IMG/VR virus record: IMGVR_UViG_3300046477_000550
Direction: 5' to 3' (one strand)
DNA: 64,000 nt
Source: a virus
The notes beneath the pieces were generated by a model that was not told where the DNA came from, made no database searches, and saw only the letters and a program-made list of their open reading frames with translations. Both the position numbers and the translations under genes were made by a program. Shown piece by piece: positions 24,929 through 35,015 of the stretch (position 1 is its first letter; every line of letters starts with the position of its first letter).

Positions 24929-27900
24929 TCAGTAGGCGAAGGCCGTGTAATCGAACCGGCTCGACTGGTCGTAGGTGGTGGGGTCGGTGACTCCGGCCGG
25001 AAGCGGCTCGCAGATGATGTCGGCCGCCGTGTGGGCTTTGGTGGTGGCGGCGGTCAGGGTGATGACCGCCGTGGTCCAGCCCGGGGACGTGGCACCGACA
25101 CTGAGAACCGTCACCGTCTCCTGGTTGGCGGTGTTCTGGCCGAGCACCAGCGTCTGGCCGGGGCCGAGCTGGGTCGCGAGCGGGTTGGTGGTGTCGGCCG
25201 ACGCGTTCACCGTGATCGACGTGACGCCTGACGACGGCGACGTGGCGAATGTGGTGTGCCACGCGGCGAAAACCCCGTAAGAGGTGAGGTCCGCCGGAGA
25301 GCACTGGAGCGTGCACCAGGCGTCGCCGTCGTTGCCGAAGTCCCACTGGATGTTCTCGGCGAAGCAGTCCACCTGGATAGTCGGCAACCCGGGCGGCCGG
25401 CGCATCACCCGGACCCGGGTGCCGAGTTCCAGGCTCAGGCAGACCGCCCACAGCGCGGGGTTCGCGGACGGGTGCAGTTTGATGGAGCTGACGCGGGTGG
25501 CGGGCGCTTTGTAGCGGGAGAGCAGGTATCCGGCCGCGTCCTGGCATTCGGAAGTGCTGGTCGAGTTGATGGTGCGGGTCAGAGTCCTCGGGAAGTAGTT
25601 CGCAATCGAGGTGGCGTCGGTGTTGTAGAAGTTCTGGCCGCTCGACTCCTGGGTGACCGTGATCTGGTTCGACAGGTGCGTGCTGTCGAAGTCCAGCGTC
25701 ACTTCCTCGTAGGGCCACTCGCCTGCCGACGTGTTCTCGCCGAACGTGTACATCGGGACCATGGAGTTGTAGCGACCGGAGCGGGCCTTGAACTGGACAG
25801 TCCCGGCCCGGTCGACGAAGTGGGCGCCGTTCTCTGTATCGACGACGGCCTGCAACGCCGACATGGCGTCCTGGCCGTCGAGGTTCGCCGGACCCATGCT
25901 TGCCGTCAGTCCGGTCTGCAGCGACGAGGCGCCGCTGAAGCCCGCGTAGCGCAGGATGCGGGCGTAGCGGGCGTTCGTCGACTCTCCGGAGCAGGAGGAC
26001 TTCCACGCTGAGTACAAGTTACCCATGGCCGTCGACGACAGTTGCGTGGGAAATTCTGCCGCGAACGCGAGGTCGCCCTTGTAGTTGAAGGTGGTGCCGT
26101 TGCCGACGGTGATGTCGACAAAACCTCCCAGATTGTCGCCGACGAGCCCGCTCGGCATCGTTGCCGGGTTGACGCTGCCGAACGCCCAGGTGGTGCCGTC
26201 CAGTGACAGCCGGAATGTTGCACTTGCCGCGTCGTAGCCGAAGATCGCAAGATGCCAGTCGCCGTTCACGACGTTCACGGCGCCGGGAAAATCGAGTGCC
26301 ACGCTGGCTCCGGTGGGACCGTAGAGCCACACCTGGAGCAGGCTGCCGCTGGTGATCACGAGATACAGCTGCGAGCCGGACGGGTTTCCGCTCGCGCGCT
26401 GCGAGTCCATCGACGACCACAGTGTCGCGTGTGCGGTCGGCACGGGCCCCGTGTATTTGAAGGCCAGCATGCGCGAGTACGAGCCGCTGTTGGCGGGCCC
26501 GGCGATCCCGGCGCTGGTCAGTTTGATGAAGGTGGCGCCGCCGGTGATGAGGACGGTGCCGGGATTCGAGTTGTTGAATGTGGCAACGGTTCCGCTGGAT
26601 CCCGTGTAGAGACCAGTCGCATCCGTGGCCGTGATCGAGCTCCCGAACACCAGCGACCCGGCGCCGTATTTGCTGACGGCGAGCTGTGCGGCCGGATTGT
26701 TGCCCGTCCAGTCCGTCACCGCCACGGAACCGGCGGGGTCATCCAGCTTGTACACGAACCGCGGCGAATTCGCGTTGATCTCCTGCGTGAGCGGATCCGA
26801 CAACGTCTGCTGCGAGAGCAGCGAAAACGTGTCGACCGCGGTCGGCTGCACGACGCCGTAGGTGCCGGACATGTCCCACGACGACGGCCAGCGTTCCGTC
26901 CAGCCCGCATACACCGGGAACCAGACGCCGGGCGCCGTCCAGGTGGTGGCCGTGGCGCCCTTCTCCAGCTGCCAGCCATCTACCTGGATGCTGCAGGTGG
27001 CCGCAGCCGCGGACGTGTCCAGTGCGAGGCCGCAGTTCATGGCTCCGGCCCCGGCCGGCAGCGTGAACGTTGCCGTGAATGTCGTCCAGGCTGCGGTCGC
27101 CGACCCGGTCAACGTTGCCGGGGTGCCGAAGTTGAGGGTGTTGGTGCTCACGGACGTGTAGTTGCCGATGAAGGCGCGAACCGCGAGCGTCGTCGCCGGG
27201 GTGATGTTCCTCGCCCGCAGCTGCACGGTGTACGTCTGACCAGGGAGCGCCGACCAGCGGGGCGTGTACACGATGCGTGTCGACCCGGCGGTGGCGTTGG
27301 GCACGCTGAACTGCATGACCGTCGAGCCCTGCCAGGCCGTCGCCGAGGAGACGAAGCTGCCGCCCGTACTGTCGCTGATGGAGAAAATGTCCGGGCCGGT
27401 CACGCCCTGCGGAATGGCGCCGAGCGCATAGCCGCCCAGGTCGCCCGCGGTGGCCATGACCTGGTCGAGCACGTTGCGGGTGGCTGGCCACTGGGCGCGA
27501 CGCCGGTAGGGCTGGTAGGGGGCGATGTGCCCGTACCAGGGGCCGGCCGCGTTGGTGGGGTCCAGGGCCGCGTCTGTGTTGGCGAGTGTCAGCGATGCTT
27601 CGCCGGTTCGTACCTGGTCGATTTCGTACTGCCGCCCCCGGGATACGGTCACGGTCTGCCGGGTGCGGTCGGAGACTTCGACATACCTGTCGAGTGGCTG
27701 GGTGCCCCCGTTGGCGTTCCAGAAAGCACCCCAACCGTCTTCGATGAGCGGCCAGTTCAGGTTGGGCATGCTGGGTGCCGACGTGGTGGTGTTGACGTGG
27801 TCGATGTAGGCGAACTGGCCTGCGGTTTCGGTGGCGTAGTAGCCGGTGACGAACTGGAACTTCGTGGCGGTCGCCGCCCAGGTGTAGGCGATAGTCGCGC

Positions 27901-28378
27901 GGGTGGTCCACGTGTACGCGTCCGGCGACGTGGCGAACACGAAACTGCCGGAGACCTCCTGGATGCGCCACCAGGCGTAGCTATAGGCGTCGTAGGCGGC
28001 GGCCGACGCGGCGATCGTGATGGTGCTGTTGACGGCGGCGTTGACGACCCGGGCCTGGAACACCCCGCCGGAAACGAAGAGGCTGGCTTTGTTGTTGGCG
28101 TCGAGGAGCACCTCGAAGAACGTCTCAGTGCTGCCGTTCCCCACCGGGGTGGGTACGACGCGCGCGTAGATCCCGTTCGGGTTGGCTGAGGTGGCGGAGG
28201 TCGCGTCCCAGGGGGTAGAGGCGAGCGAGTAGTAGTTCGTGGTGCACGACACCGCCACCCGGTCCAGCACGGTGTCGACCTGGACGTTCGGGCTGGCCGA
28301 GGATGCGTTCCACAGGGTCGTGTTGAGCGCTGCCGCGCCGAACGTGTCGGCGAGCGTGGACAGCTTCGGGTTCGCCAC
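24929..28378 (-). CDS. large minor tail protein
   Basis: 1149 aa directly after the tape measure gene. Has an N-terminal LamG-like region and a Thr/Ala/Gly-rich beta composition. Confidence 0.85.
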   Translation of the reverse strand: MANPKLSTLADTFGAAALNTTLWNASSASPNVQVDTVLDRVAVSCTTNYYSLASTPWDATSATSANPNGIYARVVPTPVGNGSTETFFEVLLDANNKASLFVSGGVFQARVVNAAVNSTITIAASAAAYDAYSYAWWRIQEVSGSFVFATSPDAYTWTTRATIAYTWAATATKFQFVTGYYATETAGQFAYIDHVNTTTSAPSMPNLNWPLIEDGWGAFWNANGGTQPLDRYVEVSDRTRQTVTVSRGRQYEIDQVRTGEASLTLANTDAALDPTNAAGPWYGHIAPYQPYRRRAQWPATRNVLDQVMATAGDLGGYALGAIPQGVTGPDIFSISDSTGGSFVSSATAWQGSTVMQFSVPNATAGSTRIVYTPRWSALPGQTYTVQLRARNITPATTLAVRAFIGNYTSVSTNTLNFGTPATLTGSATAAWTTFTATFTLPAGAGAMNCGLALDTSAAAATCSIQVDGWQLEKGATATTWTAPGVWFPVYAGWTERWPSSWDMSGTYGVVQPTAVDTFSLLSQQTLSDPLTQEINANSPRFVYKLDDPAGSVAVTDWTGNNPAAQLAVSKYGAGSLVFGSSITATDATGLYTGSSGTVATFNNSNPGTVLITGGATFIKLTSAGIAGPANSGSYSRMLAFKYTGPVPTAHATLWSSMDSQRASGNPSGSQLYLVITSGSLLQVWLYGPTGASVALDFPGAVNVVNGDWHLAIFGYDAASATFRLSLDGTTWAFGSVNPATMPSGLVGDNLGGFVDITVGNGTTFNYKGDLAFAAEFPTQLSSTAMGNLYSAWKSSCSGESTNARYARILRYAGFSGASSLQTGLTASMGPANLDGQDAMSALQAVVDTENGAHFVDRAGTVQFKARSGRYNSMVPMYTFGENTSAGEWPYEEVTLDFDSTHLSNQITVTQESSGQNFYNTDATSIANYFPRTLTRTINSTSTSECQDAAGYLLSRYKAPATRVSSIKLHPSANPALWAVCLSLELGTRVRVMRRPPGLPTIQVDCFAENIQWDFGNDGDAWCTLQCSPADLTSYGVFAAWHTTFATSPSSGVTSITVNASADTTNPLATQLGPGQTLVLGQNTANQETVTVLSVGATSPGWTTAVITLTAATTKAHTAADIICEPLPAGVTDPTTYDQSSRFDYTAFAY

Positions 28379-28429
28379 CGGGCACCGCCAATCCGGCGCC
28401 CGGTGGCGCCCTCGAACGTGTCTGCTGGG

Positions 28430-31400
28430 TCAGCGCTTGTAGGCGGCGTATGTCGTGGAGTTGCGCATGCCGAGCTTGAGCATCGACGACTCGACGACGT
28501 CCCGCAGATTTCGTTCCGTCATGACGTGGCCCTCGACAGTGAGGTGGAGGTGGTTGTGGACCACCGCTCCGCCCCCGCCGCCCGCCACGGCGAGGCCGGC
28601 ACCCCCGAACCCTCCTTCCCCCACCACGGAACTCGCCAGCCGGCCGATGGCCCGCGTGGCGTGCTCGGCGCCGCTGTCGACCCCCTTGGCGAGGCCTTGC
28701 GGGATCCAGGTTCCGATCTCCGCGAATACGGTGCTGGGGGACTTGATGCCGAGGGCCTTCTTGATGGCCTTCTCCATAGATTTGGCGATCTTCATCATCT
28801 GCTTCTCGATCGCCTTCTCCTGCGACTGCAAGCCCTTGACGAGACCCTGGGCGGCCTTGATTCCGGCCCCATACATACTGTCCGCAACGGCCTTCCCTGC
28901 ACTGGTGGCAGCAGACTTGGTGGTGTTGTTCAGGCTGTTGATCTGCTTGATCTGGGACGCCGACGCGTTCTGGAGCGCCGCCGCGGTGGCCCCGCCCTGG
29001 TCCACGCCGGCCGCCGCGATCTGTGCGATCAGATCGGAGGACAGCCCCTTCTTCTTCAGAGCCTGCAACTCGGCCGCGAACTGCACGGCCTTGGCCATCT
29101 GGTCGCGCATTTTGTTGACGACGTCCTGCGCGGTCAGCGCGAAGCCTTCCTGGGGGGCGTCGGTGACGATGGAGAAGCCCTGCATGACGCCGTCGGCAAC
29201 CGACTTGACCTCGTCGGACCATTCCTTCTGGAGGGTGGCCAGCCTGGTCTGCGCCGACTTCAGCTTCGCGGCGACACTGTCCCTCTTGGCCGCGAGGCCG
29301 CGCAGGATCTTGTCTTCCTTGTGGGCGTAGCTCTCAAGGCGCTTGATGGCCTTCTCGTGAGAAGCCACCCACTTGTTGGAGACGCCCTTGTGGCCCTTCT
29401 GGTCGGCGACCTTGTTGTAGGTCTGGATGAGCAGCGACTCGATGCGCCGCGTTGCGGCCTTCACCTTCGCCATCGACCCGGTGAGGCCGTCGACGAGGCC
29501 CTCGTTGATGTAGATGCCGAGGCTGCGGAACACTTTCGACGGAGAGCTGATACCCATGGCGCTCTTGAAGGCACTGACTGCGCCGTGCGCGATGTTGGAC
29601 AGCACTGACGACACGGAGACCGATTTGATGCCGCTTATCAGACCTTCGATCAGGGCCCGTCCCGCGCTGGTCAGCAGGTTGGCGAAACTGGAGCCCACAT
29701 GCCGGAGCAGCGAGACCGTGTCGCTCATCTGCTGGCCGACCAGCTTCTTCAGGTCGCCCCAGACCCGGGACCACTTGCCGGTGATCAGATCGAGAACCAG
29801 GCCGATCGTGTTCAGCACCAGGTGCATCGCGGTCGTCGTGATGCCGGAGATGAGCGCCCAGGCCGTTTTCACGGTGGCCCCGACGACGCGCCACGTCGAC
29901 TTCCAGGACGACGCCAGGATCGACAGCATCGGCCGCATGACGTTCGTCCACCAGGTTTTCGCGATCAGCCCGACGGCTCCGAAGGCGACCTTGGCGATCG
30001 TTTCGATCTGCGCGCCGTGGACCTTCCACCAGGCGGTCAGGTCCGCGATCCGGGCCTTCACCCACGCGATCACGTTCGTGTTGAACCAGTGGACGAGCGT
30101 CTGTACGCCCTTGACCATCGAGTTCCAGGCGCCGACGAAGGTCTGCTTGTGCGCGGTGAACCATGTCACCAGTGCTTGGAAGCCCCGCTTGATGAGCGGG
30201 AGCACGCTGGTCACGAACCAGCGGACGACTGTTGCTGTGGCCTGCCAAGCCACCTTGAAGACGGTGCCCAGAACGCGGGCGAGATCGTTGACGATCCGGC
30301 GGAACGTTGCGAAGTGGTTGTAGGCGTATACGAGGGCCGCGCCCACGGCCATGATTCCGGCCGCGATCAGCAACTCCGGCCCCAGGGCCGCGTACAGGGC
30401 ACCCCCGAGGGCGATGACCGCTGCGACCAGGGTGGTGCCCAGCGCGCCCGCGAGGGCCATCACGGCACCCTTGTGCTGCGACAGCCAGGTCACCCCGGTG
30501 CGGATCCAGCCGAGGAACGTCTGCACATAGGGCAGCAGCATCGTGCCGAGGCGGATGCCCATGTTGACCAGGGCGGCCTCGGTCTGCTGCAGCTGAGTGC
30601 GGAACGTCTTCTGCGTCTTCGCCCACGATGCGTCGAACGCTGATTCCTTCGACGCCTTCTGGATGTCCCCGAACTTGGTCTTCAGACCGTCCAGGTTCTG
30701 CATCAGCGACATGATCGCCTTGTCGCTGCGGCCACCGCCGAAGATCTTCGCCAGGACCGAATCCGCCTCCGTGCCGCTGACCCCGGCCTTCTCCAGCGAC
30801 GTCTTCAGATCGGTGAGCGCCACGTAGAGGCCGTCAGGCTTCTTCAAGTCCATGGCCAGCCGGTTCTGCGTGATCCCGGCCTTTTCCATCGCCGACTGCA
30901 TCGCCGCGCTCGACGCATGCACATCCGTCGATGCCACACCGAGCGCCGTCAGCATTTTCGTGGCCTTCTGCGACGGCGTGGTCATCATCGAGATGCCCAT
31001 CGTCAACCGCGTCGCCGCAACCTCCGCGCTGTTGCCGCGGTCCGTCAGGTAGGCGAGGCCGGAACCCATCGAGTTGACGGAGATCCCCATCTGCGCGGCC
31101 GTCGGCGCCCAGTTCTTGATGGACTCGTTGAAGTCCTGGAAACGCATGTCGCCCTGGCCGACGATGGCATTCAGGCTGGCCATCGTCTGCTTCGCCGACG
31201 TCGCCGGGAAGTTGAACGCCTTCATCACGCTGGATAGCGAGTAGGTGGTGTCCTCCAGCGACGCGCCGGAGATCTTCGCCTCCTTCGCGGACTCCGTCAC
31301 CACCGCCAGCGCCGACTTCAAGTCCAGGCCGGCGGAGATCGGGTGGTAGAGGGCCTCGGCCATCTGCGTGCCCGTGAAGCCGACCTGGGTGCCGAGCTTC

Positions 31401-31705
31401 AGCACCTGCTCGTTGAGCTGAGAGGAGGTCAGCCCAACCTTCTTCAGCTGGTCGTTCGTCAGCCCGGCCGCCGTCTGGAGGCGGGTCATGTGCTCCTGGA
31501 AGTTGGCGGCGGCCTTCACCGATGCGACGCCGATCGCGATCGTTGCCGCACCGGCGATCATGCCGAACCCGGCGAGTTTCTTGAACGCGCCGCCCATACG
31601 GGAGGTGGCGGCCTCGCCCTCGGCGGCGGCCCCCTTCATGCCCGCCTTGAAGGGGGCAGTCACCGCGCGGAGGACTACGTAGAGGTCTCCGACTTCACTG
31701 CCCAT
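28430..31705 (-). CDS. tail tape measure protein
   Basis: 1091 aa with a helical Ala/Lys/Gly-rich sequence and a central multi-TM-like stretch. Sits after the G/GT genes. Confidence 0.9.
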   Translation of the reverse strand: MGSEVGDLYVVLRAVTAPFKAGMKGAAAEGEAATSRMGGAFKKLAGFGMIAGAATIAIGVASVKAAANFQEHMTRLQTAAGLTNDQLKKVGLTSSQLNEQVLKLGTQVGFTGTQMAEALYHPISAGLDLKSALAVVTESAKEAKISGASLEDTTYSLSSVMKAFNFPATSAKQTMASLNAIVGQGDMRFQDFNESIKNWAPTAAQMGISVNSMGSGLAYLTDRGNSAEVAATRLTMGISMMTTPSQKATKMLTALGVASTDVHASSAAMQSAMEKAGITQNRLAMDLKKPDGLYVALTDLKTSLEKAGVSGTEADSVLAKIFGGGRSDKAIMSLMQNLDGLKTKFGDIQKASKESAFDASWAKTQKTFRTQLQQTEAALVNMGIRLGTMLLPYVQTFLGWIRTGVTWLSQHKGAVMALAGALGTTLVAAVIALGGALYAALGPELLIAAGIMAVGAALVYAYNHFATFRRIVNDLARVLGTVFKVAWQATATVVRWFVTSVLPLIKRGFQALVTWFTAHKQTFVGAWNSMVKGVQTLVHWFNTNVIAWVKARIADLTAWWKVHGAQIETIAKVAFGAVGLIAKTWWTNVMRPMLSILASSWKSTWRVVGATVKTAWALISGITTTAMHLVLNTIGLVLDLITGKWSRVWGDLKKLVGQQMSDTVSLLRHVGSSFANLLTSAGRALIEGLISGIKSVSVSSVLSNIAHGAVSAFKSAMGISSPSKVFRSLGIYINEGLVDGLTGSMAKVKAATRRIESLLIQTYNKVADQKGHKGVSNKWVASHEKAIKRLESYAHKEDKILRGLAAKRDSVAAKLKSAQTRLATLQKEWSDEVKSVADGVMQGFSIVTDAPQEGFALTAQDVVNKMRDQMAKAVQFAAELQALKKKGLSSDLIAQIAAAGVDQGGATAAALQNASASQIKQINSLNNTTKSAATSAGKAVADSMYGAGIKAAQGLVKGLQSQEKAIEKQMMKIAKSMEKAIKKALGIKSPSTVFAEIGTWIPQGLAKGVDSGAEHATRAIGRLASSVVGEGGFGGAGLAVAGGGGGAVVHNHLHLTVEGHVMTERNLRDVVESSMLKLGMRNSTTYAAYKR

Positions 31706-31788
31706 CGCGGGTGCACCCCTCTTCCCTCAGGCCGATCAGGAGAGGTGTGGCGCAGGCGGGTGCAGCGAAGAGCGCCGGGCCGGCGGGG

Positions 31789-32253
31789 CTAGAACACGCG
31801 GCCCCATGCCGAGCCGTACAGCCGGTTGTAGATCGTCACCGCGCTGATGCGGCAGGCGAACTCGGCCGCCGGCTTCAGCCACGGATAGGTGGCCCCATTC
31901 CTGAGGCCGGTCTCCAGGTAGTAGCCGTACTTGTCGGCCGGCGTGGGGCGGGTCCCGTAGGGCGGGGTGAAGCCGAGCGTGGGTCCGACTTTCGTGATCC
32001 AGCCGAAGCCGTACTTCTCGATCGGCGTGTGCCCAATGGACTTCTTGAGCGTTCCCGAGATGACCGCGGGCCCGGCGCCGGGGTGGGCCGGGGTTTTGGT
32101 GCCGTACCTATGTCTGCCGACGGAGGCGTTGATGCGGGCCTGGCGTTCGACGGCGAGGGCGAGCGGTTCGAGCGCCAGGCGGGTGCGTGCGTCGCCCTCG
32201 ACGGCGAGTTTCGCGAACCCGGCGGTGAAGACGCCTGGCCTGAGTTCCGTCAC
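31789..32253 (-). CDS. HK97 gp10-like tail-completion family protein (unusual position)
   Basis: GTG at 32253. The GPAVISGTLKKSIGH segment resembles the gp10 family. Lies between GT and the tape measure. Confidence 0.5.
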   Translation of the reverse strand: MTELRPGVFTAGFAKLAVEGDARTRLALEPLALAVERQARINASVGRHRYGTKTPAHPGAGPAVISGTLKKSIGHTPIEKYGFGWITKVGPTLGFTPPYGTRPTPADKYGYYLETGLRNGATYPWLKPAAEFACRISAVTIYNRLYGSAWGRVF

Positions 32254-32266
32254 TCGGTCACCCCGT

Positions 32267-32922
32267 CTACGGCTGGCGTTGGGCCTTGGTGCGCTCGCGC
32301 TGCGCCTGTCGTTCCTCGTGCTCGGCGGCCATGTTGAGGAAGTCGAGGGCGTATCGGCGCACATACCAGGGGGTGGCCTGCAGCTCGTCCCATGACCAGC
32401 CCATGCGTTTCATCAGCAGGAAGTCGGACCATTCGGCCGGGGCTGTGTCGCCGCCCCACGTGCCCTCGATGATGGACTCAACGGGGATGAGGACGTCCTC
32501 GTAGTACGGCGAGCCCGGCCCTACTGAGGGTTTGTGACGCGCTGCACCTCATCCATGAGGCGGCCGAGGATGGCCATGGGGAGGCGGCCGACAGCGTCGG
32601 GAGTGACCTTGCCGAAACGTTGCTGGGTGCCGATGCCGAGGCTCGCGAAGAGGGCTTCCGGGTCGGCGTCGGCGTCGACTTCCAGGGCGTCGGCGGGGTC
32701 GAAAACTTCGTAGACCTTCCAGGCGACGATCAGACCGGCCAGGAGTTTGTAGCTGGCCGCCAGGCCGTCCTTCGGGTTGAGGGGCTCACCCTTGTCGTTG
32801 AGCGGGACGTCCTCAGGGGAGAGCATGTCGGGGGGCAGGAGCTGCGGGTTCTTGATGAGGACGCTGACGTCGTCGCCGAGTTCGGGGAATGTCAGCAGCC
32901 TGTAGGGCTCGGTGTAGCTCAC
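32267..32922 (-). CDS. tail assembly chaperone -1 frameshift product (GT-like)
   Basis: Slippery heptamer A_AAC_CCT (32533-32527) lies just before the TAG. The -1 frame is open, GC3-rich (33 of 36 codons checked), lacks its own start, and ends at TAG 32267-32269. Confidence 0.7.
32521..32922 (-). CDS. tail assembly chaperone (G-like)
   Basis: AAGGAG RBS then GTG at 32922. Acidic 133 aa. Sits between the major tail and tape measure genes. Confidence 0.75.
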   Translation of the reverse strand: MSYTEPYRLLTFPELGDDVSVLIKNPQLLPPDMLSPEDVPLNDKGEPLNPKDGLAASYKLLAGLIVAWKVYEVFDPADALEVDADADPEALFASLGIGTQQRFGKVTPDAVGRLPMAILGRLMDEVQRVTNPQ

Positions 32923-33014
32923 GGTGGTTCTCCTTGCGGGTGAGGACGTTGAGGGCGTAGACCCTGGCCGTGCCGCGACGCCCTCATGCGCGGGCACGGC
33001 CAGGGAGTTACTGA

Positions 33015-34178
33015 TCAGTAAGCAGCGGCGGTGTAGTTCTTCAGCACGGCCTGCACCGAACCCGAGTCGGTGGCGTTGTAGATGCCGTTGATCGAGAAGT
33101 CGGCCGCCACATAGGTGCCACTGATGTCCGGCTTGCCCTTCGACCAGCCGCCCTGTGTCGTCGTCAGCGTCAGCGACGACCCGTTCGCATCGACACCGGC
33201 GCCGACCGGGGCGGTGAGCGCCATCGTCGTCGGGTTGCCCTGCAGGGCCTGCAGGTAGAGGTTGTAGTCGACGTCGGACTCGTAGATCGCCTTGTAGGTG
33301 ATGTCCGCGTCGAGGACGCCGGAGAACACCTCACGCGGCTGCTGCGTGCCGTTACTCGCATGGATGGCCTCGATGGGCCGCTTCAGCGCCAGCTCGTAGG
33401 ACAGGCCGCGCGTCGAGGTGGCGCCCGCATTGGTCATGGCGAACTGCCAGCCCAGCAGCGGCGCAGGCTGCGAGAACGCGGGCGTGAACGGGCCCGCCTG
33501 GATGGCAGGGATCCACCCCATGTACTTGGCGCTGCAGGTGACGATGCCCTTCGGGTCCACCTTGAGGCTGACGTCGGAGAGCATGCAGCCGGTGTAGCCC
33601 CACGCCTCCAGCACGTTCGACTCGGTGATCGAGTACGTCGGCTTCGCGACGGTCGCCGACTGCTTGAACGTGTGCGTCGTCTGCGAGACGACCGCCACGG
33701 CCGAGGTGTGGGCATACGTCAGGCCGGTGGCGGGGGTGGCGATGGGGATCGTGTACGGGCCGGACCCGGTGGGGGTGCCGGTGGTGGCGTACTCGATCTT
33801 CGTACCGGTGTCGATCATGATGGTGGAGCCGAGAGGAATCGACGCCGCCACACTGATCGATGTGGCCCCGGCGATCGTCGAGGCGGACAGGGTCGTCGAG
33901 ATGCCCGCCGACACGGTGTCCGGCCCGATGATCCGCAGGGCGTAGCCGAGCGCGTCCGGGTAGCCGTTGAACTCAAGGTCGACCGTCGAGTCCCCGGCGC
34001 CCTGGTAGAGGCCCTGCAGGTTGGAGTCGTTGCTGCGGTACGACGTGTCCTGCAACTGGTCGTAGTTGATCTCGGGGTCGATTTTCGTGCAGGCCAGGAA
34101 GTACGAGGGCGTCACCCACGTGCCCTGCACAGTCTCCTTCGCGAGGCCCACATATCCGAGCCGTCCCAGCAGCGTCAC
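33015..34178 (-). CDS. major tail protein
   Basis: 387-aa beta-rich ORF immediately upstream of the chaperone genes. Confidence 0.7.
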   Translation of the reverse strand: MTLLGRLGYVGLAKETVQGTWVTPSYFLACTKIDPEINYDQLQDTSYRSNDSNLQGLYQGAGDSTVDLEFNGYPDALGYALRIIGPDTVSAGISTTLSASTIAGATSISVAASIPLGSTIMIDTGTKIEYATTGTPTGSGPYTIPIATPATGLTYAHTSAVAVVSQTTHTFKQSATVAKPTYSITESNVLEAWGYTGCMLSDVSLKVDPKGIVTCSAKYMGWIPAIQAGPFTPAFSQPAPLLGWQFAMTNAGATSTRGLSYELALKRPIEAIHASNGTQQPREVFSGVLDADITYKAIYESDVDYNLYLQALQGNPTTMALTAPVGAGVDANGSSLTLTTTQGGWSKGKPDISGTYVAADFSINGIYNATDSGSVQAVLKNYTAAAY

Positions 34179-34435
34179 CGCGACTCACCTTCGTCCTTCG
34201 TGTCGGTGTCCGCGGTGGTGGTGCGCTTCCTGGTGGGCTTCGGCGTCTCGTCGGCCTTCGCCTCGGCCTTCGGCGCCTCGACTGCCGTCCAGCCGTCGAG
34301 GAGCGCCGGGAAGGTGGCCTCGTCGCCCGGCAGGACGGCGTAGGCCGGGTGGCCTTCGGTCTCGGCGACGTTGTAGATGTAGGGGGTGGTGTTGCGCTGC
34401 CGCACCGGAGGCGGCGTCTCTTCGGACTCGGGCAC
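34175..34435 (-). CDS. hypothetical head-tail region protein
   Basis: 86-aa ORF coupled to the major tail gene. Confidence 0.6.
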   Translation of the reverse strand: MPESEETPPPVRQRNTTPYIYNVAETEGHPAYAVLPGDEATFPALLDGWTAVEAPKAEAKADETPKPTRKRTTTADTDTKDEGESR

Positions 34436-34510
34436 GGGGGCTCCTCGCGGACATCTGCGGGCATGAAAAAGGGCCCCCGCGAGGCGAGAGCCAGAAGGAA
34501 GGGCGCCGGG

Positions 34511-35002
34511 TCAGGACGTGTAGTCCTGGTCGTCCGCCTGGTAGGTGATCGAGCACGTCAGGTCGGCGTTCGCCTGGATGGTCTGTTCCGGGTCCGCGAA
34601 GACGACGTTGATCGTCGTCGGATCCTCGGCGACGGACAGGAATCGCGCCCCGTGGGTCTTGTCCTGGAACAGGCCCGACACGCGCTGGATGACCAACTCA
34701 ACGGCGACATCCAGGTCGGCCTGAACGGACTCGGCCTGCCCGGACGACGAGGTTTGCGGCCAGACGATCTGCAGCTCGAACCCGTAATGGTTGATCTTCC
34801 GGTTGAAGCCGAAACGCTCCGCTACGATCGATCGCCGCAGCACGTACAGGGACCGGCGCCGCTTGGCCGGAGTGCGCGGGCGACGCGCCTGCACCACATC
34901 GAACGGGCCGCCGTATGCCGCCAGCAGCCCAGGCAGACCGTCGGCAGCGTCGTAGGCGGCCAGCCATGCTGCCTCGCGGTCCACGGCATCCGCTGAACTC
35001 AC
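34511..35002 (-). CDS. head-tail joining protein (assigned by position)
   Basis: 163-aa ORF between the capsid and tail genes. Confidence 0.6.
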   Translation of the reverse strand: MSSADAVDREAAWLAAYDAADGLPGLLAAYGGPFDVVQARRPRTPAKRRRSLYVLRRSIVAERFGFNRKINHYGFELQIVWPQTSSSGQAESVQADLDVAVELVIQRVSGLFQDKTHGARFLSVAEDPTTINVVFADPEQTIQANADLTCSITYQADDQDYTS

Positions 35003-35015
35003 CAGGCACCCCCGC

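Noticed and set aside
26252-28189. 645-aa plus-strand ORF and the 410-aa off-frame minus ORF (26739-27971)
   Set aside because: Both lie inside the 1149-aa minor tail gene and have Arg/Gly/His-rich junk composition.
32267-32523. In-frame TAG read-through to make the GT tail chaperone
   Set aside because: This was my first impression, and it came from a one-base indexing slip. After anchoring to the ORF track, the downstream coding frame is -1 relative to G, and a slippery heptamer is present.
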